A stretch of DNA of 63,974 bases, filler included, from Guillardia theta CCMP2712 (Eukaryota; Protista; Cryptophyta), in the NCBI RefSeq assembly GCF_000315625.1. It is 7 parts of 7 records of this genome, joined end to end, with 100 filler letters (N's around TTAATTAATTAA, not from the genome) between each part and the next. Parts side by side here need not be neighbours in the genome. Positions count along the whole stretch, not along the records: positions 19,755 to 49,695 come from NW_005434588.1; positions 49,796 to 51,522 come from NW_005434638.1; 5 more parts are not named here. One strand, 5' to 3'. The notes below the pieces were generated by a model that worked only from the letters and a program-made list of their open reading frames with translations, searched no databases and was not told the origin of the DNA. The position numbers were made by a program, and so were the translations under genes. Below are positions 41,901 through 51,522 of this stretch, piece after piece (the first letter of the stretch is position 1; the number at the start of each line of letters is the position of its first letter).

Positions 41901-42858
41901 TGCCGATACTTGCTTGAAAGAAGTTTTTCAATTACACTCCATTATTTATTCTAATGATGTAGAAATACAAACCAGTTCCATTATTCCAACAAAGAAATAA
42001 CAACAAATTCGAGAATGCGTAGACTACTGTAACTCTCCCACACCACCACTACCACTTCATCTTCCTCCTCATTGAATTTCACTTCCTCCACTCTCATCGC
42101 GGCAGCGCTTTGTGGATTTGGCGCGAATCCTCGGGCCACAAACTTTTTACAAAATCCACCCCCACTGACCCACCAGGGTCAACAATTATTACCTGGTTTA
42201 GGCGTGAGGTGGTAGGTAGGGGTCATACCCTGACATGCGGGGCCCGCCTGAGTCAAGTCCCGCAGGCCCGTCCGGGCCGGGGCAGCCGGAGAGGGCCCGG
42301 AGTTTCAGTGATGTGTGCGGGCCGCCGGGGGCCCTCAGTAATAAGTTTAGCCTAGCCTGACTCAGTGAGGGCTCAGTGCAGTGCCGAGGCGGGCACTTGC
42401 CGGGCATCGGTGGAACCAGGATTAGAGTCTTGGCAGTCGGAGGGGCTCTCAGCCTAGAGCCTGTGCAGCCAGTCAGTCACTGAGTGACGCCCCGCGGCTG
42501 AAACTTTCCTCAGTAACTCTCCGACAGTCCGATCTCAGGCATGCGGCGGGCTTCAAGGCAAGGCAAAGTTTGAAAGCTCTGAAAAGTTACCGTGAAAGTT
42601 TGAAAGTTCTGAAAGTTAATACTTGGAGAAGTTTGAGTAAAGGAGTTGGAGACTTGAGAGCATTTCTACAGGACTACCAGCCGGCGGACTTTTCATGCCA
42701 GGAGGTGCTGGTAGCCACCCTGTAGCGACGGCATGCTCGTGTGAAAGGAGAGAGCACAGGACGACAAGACAAGGAGAGTGAATGAGAAGCAGGAGGAGGA
42801 TTGATTGAAGTGCCGCGGGTCAAATAGAGCCCGCCAGGAACACACAGCACTTGCTCCA

Positions 42859-44257
42859 ATGGATCTTTGGGAGGACCTCACCCGTGGCGAGCCACGTACC
42901 GCCAACAGGATGGGTGACACGATCGAGGAAGTACGTTGTACATTTGTCCTTTGGTCTTTTGTCTGAGACAAAGATGTAACAGGAACAGTGGACAACCGGT
43001 ATATTCGGATGCTTTGCCTGGAGGCCAGCGTGGGAATACGTATCAGCATGCCCTTGTGACAAGACGATGTTGACAATGTGGTTCAGAACTGCCATTTCGG
43101 ATTTTGGGGGCAGGGAATGACATGCCCGTGTCTGCTCTATGGAGACATTAAGAAGGACATGATGGAGAATGATATGGTTACTCAATCATTGCTACCGTTT
43201 GTCCTCAATGTTGATCACTGTGCAGGCCCAGCGATTGTATGCTATGGATGGTCCATGTTGCAAATGTCCTCTCCAAGTTCACTCCCTTGTTCACTCGGTG
43301 AGTCGAGCAAGGGTACATGACTTGCTGAGAGGCTTTCAACAGGCCATGTGCTTGTTCTGCTTCCCATTCATCTCAGGAGAGAACCGTTCCAGGATCAGGA
43401 GGCAGAAGCAAATCCCTGGATCTCTGGCCCGTGATATCTTGCTGCATGCATGCTGTTTTCCTTGTGCCTTGGCGCAAGAGGCCAGACAGCTTAAAGACGA
43501 TCCATTTCAAAGCACGGACCATACTCCTTTCCCGACGTGGAGGAGGATTTTCAAACCCTGCTTCCCAATGTCAAAACGAGATGAAAGGCTGCTGACAGCT
43601 GCAGAGGAGGTGGGTCCGAGCGCTGCTGCTGTTTCTAGTCACTTGGATGTGCAGGGAAGGGTGGAGGATTGTATCCGCTGGGTCACAAGTGGTGCTAATG
43701 TGAATGCTACAGACAAGCTGAAAGTAGGCAACTCTTGTTTCTGCCAGGAGATTGGAATCCTGACCACCCGTGCGTTAGATGACCCCCCTCATGAAGGCTT
43801 CTGCCACCGGGCAACTCAAGACTTGCGAGTACTTGCTGCAGGCAAAGGCGAATACGAATATGAGGGATCGATCGGGAGCGACCGCTCTCTTCAAGGAATG
43901 TTTTGTAGAGCGTTGTTCCACAAACTGAAATCTGCAGATCTTTGTTCAGGCTGCGCAAAGGGGAAATCATGATGTGATAAAGTTGCTTTGGAAGGCAGGA
44001 GCAAAGATAGACATCAAAGATACATATCGGAAGGTGAAGTAACTATCCTGTACATAAGTATATTCAATTTTTTACAGACTGTGATGGACTATTCCACCGA
44101 TGAAACCAAGCAGCTGCTGCGTCATTGTTACGGCATAGTCGAGGTGCTGGAGACCTGCATGTGTGCATTCTTGACCGACAGCTTGCCGCAGGAGAGAAAA
44201 TTGACAAGCGAAGAAGCAGCAGCCAAGATCTTAGAGATCGGTTATGCAGCCCTCTAA
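42859..44257 (+). CDS. PLAC8 (Cys-rich) domain plus ankyrin-repeat protein
   Basis: QWTTGIFGCF, TCPCLLYG, RSRIRRQKQIPGSLARDILLHACCFPCALAQEARQL; then GANVNATD/MTPLMKASATGQLKTCEYLLQAKANTNMRDRSGATALFK/AAQRGNHDVIKLL. Confidence 0.88.
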
Positions 44258-44267
44258 AGGGCATTCT

Positions 44268-44693
44268 TCACCCCACATATTTTGCAAGGCACTCGTTCAC
44301 GGATTCACCACAGAAAGGGTTCTCCTCCAAGCCCGAGCATTGCTCATACAAACTCAAAGAGATTCCCTTATCCACGTCTTGTATCTGATATGTTTTGAGG
44401 GTTGAAATGTTTGGCCATCTCATATACTTAGCAACCTGGAACATCTTGTCCTTTTGGGAGCCTTTCCCATTGAAGTGCAGGATTCCAGGAGCTACCTTTG
44501 GAGGTCTTGACTGGACATATGCATTGCATCCATGCTGAAACCAAGTATGATGGTGTCGATGACATTCAGAGTACGTACTGGCGTCAAAAATCACTCGCCC
44601 GTTGTCGAGCTTGATCTCCTCTCCAACTCTGTAGGCAAAAGCCGAGAGAAAGAGTTTGCTGTAATAGTCCAGCGTTACCTTAGAGTATTTGCT
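44268..44693 (-). pseudogene. 3' half of a PLOD-like glycosyltransferase-domain gene, cut off by the adjacent element
   Basis: KYSKVTLDYYSKLFLS...PGILHFNGKGSQK resembles the C-terminal part of PLOD-type GT domains (LD..+IF; P..+HxNG); upstream sequence switches abruptly to repeat DNA. Confidence 0.6.
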
Positions 44694-44948
44694 TCGTGAC
44701 CATTCATGACCAATTTGACAAATATTGAACAATTTGTCAGTAAAAGTTCAGAATTTTACAGCTCAACTTGAACAAATTTGTCATAATTGTTCAGCAAATT
44801 TACCCCATATTTGTCAGAGCCTAGCACACTACCGGGAATACATCATTCATATGATGACCTCTCCCAATATCTAGCTATATGTCCGTAGAACCTCTATGAA
44901 ATAGATGTGGCCGGGGAGATGGAGAGCTCATGCCGCTGTGCGATGTCG

Positions 44949-45222
44949 TCGTGACCATTCGTGACCAAAAGGAACAAATAGGGGCTTATTTGTCAGCTCT
45001 TACAATGGTCTGAATAAATGCTTTCGTGACCATTCGTGACCAAAAGGAACAAATAGGGGCTTATTTGTCAGCTCTTACAATGGTCTGAATAAATGCTTTC
45101 GTGACCATTCGTGACCAAAATGAACAAATAGGGGCTTATTTGTCAGCTCTTACAATGGTCTGAATAAATGCTTTCGTGACCATTCGTGACCAAAAGGAAC
45201 AAATAGGGGCTTATTTGTCAGC
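44949..45222. repeat. 75-bp tandem repeat, about 3.65 copies
   Basis: Units start at 44949, 45024, 45099 and 45174: TCGTGACCATTCGTGACCAAAAGGAACAAATAGGGGCTTATTTGTCAGCTCTTACAATGGTCTGAATAAATGCTT. Confidence 0.97.
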
Positions 45223-45537
45223 CCTCTAAATGTCCGAAGAAGCAATGTATAAAACACAATATACACGTGGGGTGAGGGGGTAAAAAATATAACACACCGT
45301 ATGTAATCAATATAAGGGCCTTTCTAAGAGGCGCAACTACTAACATGTGAGCATCCTATGATGTTTTTATTAAATAGTCACCCAACTAAGTTGGGTGGTC
45401 AATTGACCACCCCCTTTGAGCTACTAAGTGATTGACGCAAACTTCCGATTAACCTTTTAACGCTCACACATACCCCTTTGAGCTACTAAGTCATTTATTT
45501 CTTCAACATTGTTTGATTGTTTAGTAGTGAATGAACT

Positions 45538-45653
45538 AAGGATAAGGGGGGTCAAGGATAAGGGGGGGTATTTGGTAAGTGTTTGGACCTTTTGTGATGG
45601 ATTTGTAAAATACTTTTCAAAACCCCCCCTTATCTTTCACCCCCCTTATCCTT
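45538..45653. repeat. 31-bp inverted repeat with 2 mismatches and a ~54-bp spacer
   Basis: AAGGATAAGGGGGGTCAAGGATAAGGGGGGG (45538-45568) versus 45623-45653. Confidence 0.9.
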
Positions 45654-45714
45654 GGTTGTTTTATTACTATCTTTTTTTTCAAGAGGGAAAAAACATATTC
45701 AATAGAGGATAATA

Positions 45715-45775
45715 GCATCATCTCCCTCAGCATCATCTCCCTCAGGCATCATCTCCCTCAGGCATCATCTCCCTC
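45715..45775. repeat. Four copies of GCATCATCTCCCTCA(G), 15-16 bp
   Basis: Direct reading. Confidence 0.9.
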
Positions 45776-45902
45776 CTCTTCATCCAACGAACCATACTCT
45801 ATCTCTTGCCTAAATTTTATATCTCCTTACCACCCAAAAGACCTAGCGCCGTCGGGGGGCGCACCCCCCGGAATTTTATATCTCCTTACCATAGAACTAC
45901 AT

Positions 45903-46136
45903 ATGGCAAGTGACAACCGAGTCCGTGGTGAGTACCGAGATTATATGGCCTTCCTTAGGACTTTCACAGACCGAGTGTTCAGAAACAAGTTTCTCGTTCA
46001 GCAGCTACTCCAAGAACAAATCATAACAGAAGAGGAACTCCAATTTTATGAGAGCTCGCGCTTCACAGCAAAACAAAGGAAGAACAAGGGCTTGATTCAA
46101 GTCCATAGAAGAGACACTAGGCTATTCTTTGACTAA
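45903..46136 (+). CDS. Small (77 aa) element-encoded hypothetical protein
   Basis: Intronless ATG ORF, 24-bp AT-only-like spacer to the next ORF, preceded by a duplicated 20-mer. Confidence 0.65.
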   Translation: MASDNRVRGEYRDYMAFLRTFTDRVFRNKFLVQQLLQEQIITEEELQFYESSRFTAKQRKNKGLIQVHRRDTRLFFD

Positions 46137-46160
46137 GAATATATCATATATACTATAAAT

Positions 46161-49100
46161 ATGAGCTGGGTAGCCAGCTTAGGGGTGGATAGGGTCGAGA
46201 ATGAAATAGAAGACCTTCTATATAGACTCAATCAGCTTGAAGCTAGGCTTAATAACTATCTCCTTATCAATGACCTGCCATCATATGATACTCAATTCCA
46301 AACGATAGACTCAGATATATCCATCAACAGGGGCGCTATCAACCAGCTGTTGGACTTAATCAATATCGAGGGAACCTCGAACACTGTCTTGTATAGCAGC
46401 AATCAGGACCTCATAATATTGGATTACAGCTCTAACACCGATATATATAACATTCATCTAAGAAAGCAAGATGGCTCATATGTGCTGCTTCAAGATGTCA
46501 TTGATACCATCAACTTAAACATAGAAGATATTGAAAACCTCACCCAGAACGTCGAGGACATAAGCAATGGCCAAACAACACAAGCACTCCAAGATGTCGG
46601 TTCAACTCTCAATGATGGCGTCGATATATTGAGTGGGTTCGGCGATATAGTAAAGGGCGGCCTTGCTATTGGGACAGGTTTCATAGGTGGCCTTATATCA
46701 TCCGCGACCTCGACCTCCAAGGCTGACGGCCTGTTCATCTTGTCTTGGATTAATGTTCTTCGAATGGCTGTCGGTATCATCATCGGGGTTTTAGAAAGAG
46801 AGGTTCTCAATACAATGAAGCAGGATAAGGTCATTCGGATTTACTCACGGACACAAGACGGTAATAAGCTTAATTTCATCGAAGGCGAGGCATACATATA
46901 TAGCAATATATATAAGACCATCACTATCGATGGCCAAGAACAACAGGTGCTGGACACAAGGAACATCATATTCCAGGGCGAGGAGGTTCTCACTCTTGGC
47001 CAAGAGTTAGATGTGAATGAACTAGACCTATATGTTTTTAATTCGAATGCGGATAGTGGCCTAGCACCATATCGAACAATACTTAAAGGGGAAACACTGT
47101 TCCTGGACAGGGTTTATTTCAACAACAACACCTTCTATTCTAGTTATGACACATCGAATTATCTTGTGACAAATGGTTATATCACATCTAATGAGGTCGT
47201 TGATATCTTGGGGTCTATTACACATCAACGAAGTCATAACATCCTGGGTCTTATTACACATCTAATGAGTCAATAACATCCTGGGGTNNNNNNNNNNNNN
47301 NNNNNNNNNNNNNNNNNNNNNNNNNNNNNNNNNNNNNNNNNNNNNNNNNNNNNNNNNNNNNNNNNNNNNNNNNNNNNNNNNNNNNNNNNNNNNNNNNNNN
47401 NNNNNNNNNNNNNNNNNNNNNNNNNNNNNNNNNNNNNNNNNNNNNNNNNNNNNNNNNNNNNNNNNNNNNNNNNNNNNNNNNNNNNNNNNNNNNNNNNNNN
47501 NNNNNNNNNNNNNNNNNNNNNNNNNNNNNNNNNNNNNNNNNNNNNNNNNNNNNNNNNNNNNNNNNNNNNNNNNNNNNNNNNNNNNNNNNNNNNNNNNNNN
47601 NNNNNNNNNNNNNNNNNNNNNNNNNNNNNNNNNNNNNNNNGAATGAGTTAATGATAGATACAACCTCTACTAATCTTTTAAAGATTGGGCACGTTATCAA
47701 TGACGCGACGACCGTCTCCTTGGAATCAAGAGGGAACGCTCAGGTCGTGATAGACAGCAATGACAACAGCACAACCGCAACTTTCAAGATATTGAACAAC
47801 AGCTCAACAAACAGTTCATACCTGTTCCGAGTCAATGAGGATGGAGACACCGATATATCGCGTGACTGCTATGTTACAGGCAATATCTACGGAAGCAACA
47901 TCAGACTCTCGAATGATATATCGGCCAACACTGGAACAATCGACACAGCATATGTGAATGGCAATATCTACGGAAGCAACATCAGACTCTCGAATGACAT
48001 ATCGGCCAACACTGGAACAATCGACACAGCATATGTGAATGGCAATCTATACACAAGCAACATTGAGGTTTCAAATTCTCTAAAACTGAGTGACAAGGTC
48101 GCAATCGATACCAATAGAATCGATATCAAATACCCATATAGCAATTACTTGAAAGGAGATGTGTTCCTTGGCCCTTCAAAATCTACAGAGGTAATCAATG
48201 AGCTGAACACAAGCTACACAAACATCCAATTTTTTGGCACTATATATGACACATTCACGGTGTCAAGTTTTTATCGTATGAATTGCGACAGCAGCCAGAA
48301 AATTATTTTGGATGACCTGGTCTTTGGTCAATACATTAATCTTGCTTGGTGGTTCAGATTTGACAACTTCGACGAGAACGATGGAGGTAACACTGAATAT
48401 CGCTTATTCCAAATCAAATATCGAAAGAAGAGCCTGGACCCGCTTTATAATCTTGACCCATACTATGATGGCACAGAGCTATATTACAACGTTTTTAGAA
48501 CACCAGCCGGTGTTTTATATGAGCTTCAAATCATTGTAAAGATTGTGTATATCGACACTACACACAATAGGGTTGAAAACTGGTATTCTTTCGTTATCAA
48601 CAACACACTTGATGTGTCAGCTGGCAAGTTCCAAGACTGGAACCATTACGCTGTAAGCCTTACAAAGGATTCCNNNNNNNNNNNNNNNNNNNNNNNNNNN
48701 NNNNNNNNNNNNNNNNNNNNNNNNNNNNNNNNNNNNNNNNNNNNNNNNNNNNNNNNNNNNNNNNNNNNNNNNNGGCGATATAGTATATTATATACAACAC
48801 ACCCGCCAACAACAGACTGGCTCCAATTGTACCCCCTGTCTGTCTGATTACAATGTAAGGTGCTATTTCTTTCTAGATGGCAGGTATAGCCTCGATAGAG
48901 GCATAGCTGGAATTCTGTTCAACGCAACTAATGGGGTATGGTCTGATGCCGATGTGAAGGCAATCTATGGCGGCTCAATCGAAAATTTGAAGACACACAT
49001 CGAGGGAGGCCTATACGTCGATTATATGATGTGTGAGACGATGCTGTATAAAGGGGCATATATCAATATCAATAACCAGAGCGTGAGCACGACAGACACT

Positions 49101-49695
49101 GTTACAGTAAGCAACTCGGTTAAAAGGAGCCTCACCATAAATGGTTCAGCAGCTAAGACTAATATAACTGACCTGTATGATGCAAACGATAGCATAGGAG
49201 TATTGAGGACTTACGATAATGCCGGAACTGTTGATTTCAAGATTGAACCATTTCAACTCAATTTCAAGAACACAAAAGATGGCGATGTTACGATAACATT
49301 TGATAATTACAATAGCAAAAATATCACTTTGCCCGATGGTATCAAGGGAGATAAGGGGGATACTGGGGCAACAGGGGCCACAGGAGCAACAGGGGCCACA
49401 GGACCACAAGGAGCCACTGGGGCAGCAGGCACAAATTGCCCGCAGATTATACTTCAAGATAGCTTTAATACTGAGCTTGTGAGGTTTGGAGATGCGAACG
49501 TATCAAGCACAACCGTGATATTGCCAAAGCTATACAGCGATACAGACACAAGCAACTATCTATATAACAATGAATACATTCAACGGGCTGAGCTATTGGA
49601 TACATCTAATCTATTGTATGAGCAAATACCGTCATCCTTTGACTATAACACTCAGATAACAGGAGCTCCAACACTGGCAACTGTGGCCACAAGCG
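46161..49695 (+). CDS. Large virion fibre/spike-like protein spanning two assembly gaps, 3'-truncated
   Basis: Coiled-coil N-terminus, YxTSNEV 13-aa repeats, 27-aa GNIYGSNI repeats, LamG-like INLAWWFRF..DWNHYAVSL..WSDADVKAIY, Gly-X-Y collagen run, LATVATS(G) tail motif; frame is open on both sides of the second gap. Confidence 0.75.
47879..48060 (+). repeat. 81-bp (27-aa) in-frame tandem repeat, 2 copies plus a partial one
   Basis: Units at 47879, 47960 and 48041. Confidence 0.93.
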
Positions 49696-50038
49696 NNNNN
49701 NNNNNNNNNNNNNNNNNNNNNNNNNNNNNNNNNNNNNNNTTAATTAATTAANNNNNNNNNNNNNNNNNNNNNNNNNNNNNNNNNNNNNNNNNNNNAGTAA
49801 CTACCTCCCCCCAGTGAGGGAGAGAGAGACCCCCCTCATTGAGTGAGTGAGTGAGTGACTGAGGGAGTAAGGGAGTGAGTGAGGGAGTGAGGGAGGGAGG
49901 GAGGGAGGGAGGGAGAAGAAGGACAGGAGTTCAATGGGATTGAGAATGAGGGAGATTGTGCATGAATCTGTGGTGATCCTTACAGGATTGAAGGATGCGA
50001 ACGGAAGGCCCATAGAAGAAGAGTGGATGGAGTTCGAC

Positions 50039-51453
50039 ATGGACAGACAAGGTTTCTCGCAGGAGTATCAACAGCTGCTCGACAAGATCCGACGACGAAC
50101 AGCAGGTGATATCTCCTTCCTCCTCTCCACTGAACTCGCTGACCGTCATCAGTCGTTGGAGTCATCGGACTAGGTTATGTGGGTCTGCCTCTGGCAAGCA
50201 CTTTCCATAGGTCTCCTTTGCTCTTCCCTTCTCCCACTGTTCAGCGTCCTTGTCTCTTCTCGCTCCTCTCCCGTCTCTTTGACACGTTGCTGCCCTAGTG
50301 CTGGTTACTTCACGATTGGTTTCGATGCTGACCTAGAGGTAAGGCTCTCCCGCTCCTCCTCCTGCTCCTGCTCCTCCTGCTCGTCTTCTGTCTGCGTGCG
50401 CCTTTCACAAGTCACCTCAGGTCATATCCGCCCTTGAGCGAGGGCAGAGCTACCTAGAGCATCTTCCCAACTCCACAGGCATGAGGGAGGGAGGGAGGGA
50501 GAGGAGGGAGGGAGAGGAGGGAGAGGAGGGAGAGGATGGATGGATGGATGGAGGGAGGAAGGAAGGAGATTGGTGATTGCCTTGACGGGCTCGCAGAATT
50601 GTTTCAGCAGCTGTCGGACAGCGAGAAGTTTCATGCGACATCGGACATGTCGCGTCTGAAGCAGGTCTTCCCCTCCCTCCTCCTCCCCCTCCTCTCCATC
50701 TTCCCTTGCCTGCTTCCTCATCTCCTCCTCTTCATCTTCCCTTGCCCTGCTTTCCTCATCTCCCTCCTCTTCCTCCTCGCACTTCTTCGCTGCCTCTTGT
50801 CTTGCATCGTCTCTCCTTGCACTTCTTCGCTGCCTCTTGTCTTGCATCGTCTCTCCTTGCATCGCTCTTTCTTGTCTCCCTCCTCCCTCACTCGCTGCCC
50901 AGGTCGACGCCATCCTTATCTGCGTACCAACGCCTCTGGGAGAAAATTTTGAGCCTGACTTGCGGTAAGGGGAGGAGAGGAGGGAGGGAAGGAAGGAGAG
51001 GAGAGGAGAGGAGAGGAGAGGAGAGGAGAGGAGAGGAGAGGAGAGGAGAGGAGAGGAGAGGAGAGGAGAGGAGGGAGAGTTTCTCGTTGTGTGACTGGCA
51101 TCAGATACATCGAATCTTGCGGAAGATCCATCGCAGGTTGGAAGACTCTTGTCCTTGTCCTTGTCCTTGTCTTTGTCTTTGTCCTTGTCCTTTACCTTGT
51201 CCTTGTCCTTGTCCTTGTCCTTTACCTTGTCCTTGTCCTTGTCCTTGTCCTTTACCTTGTCCTTTACCTTGTCCTGATTCCGCCGACAGCTGCTAGGAGG
51301 GCTGGGCAGCTGGTGGTGCTCGAGTCAACGACCTACCCGGGGGCATGAGGACTTGAAGCTGCGCGAGGCTCTGACATGCCGCAGACGACGCGAGAAAAGC
51401 TGCTGCCCTGGATCCTCGAGGGAGGCTGCGAGTCAAGCCTGGGACGCGACGGT
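50039..51453 (+). CDS. UDP-glucose/GDP-mannose dehydrogenase family, WbpA/WecC-like (5' part, multi-exon)
   Basis: LLDKIRRRTA/VVGVIGLGYVGLPLA, TIGFDAD, VDAILICVPTPLGENFEPDL/RYIES, GQLVVLESTTYPG/TTRE. Confidence 0.9.
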
Positions 51454-51464
51454 CAGGACGAGGG

Positions 51465-51522
<58 letters not shown>

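Larger units (their letters stand above)
44694..49695. mobile_element. End of an endogenous DNA-virus-like element (Polinton-like virus, virophage or NCLDV-derived; class unresolved), truncated by scaffold end
   Basis: Sharp junction inside a host ORF; 1.2-kb structured non-coding end; AT-rich, intron-free, microsatellite-free, tightly packed ORFs; fibre-like protein. No capsid, ATPase, polymerase or integrase is visible. Confidence 0.75.

Noticed and set aside
44949-45222. CRISPR array
   Set aside because: Units are essentially identical over the full 75 bp with no unique spacers, and no cas genes are present.
47170-48060. Diversity-generating retroelement template/variable repeats in the fibre gene
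   Set aside because: The repeats are in-frame tandem units with no adenine-specific differences and no RT is visible; indels next to the gap look like low-quality sequence.
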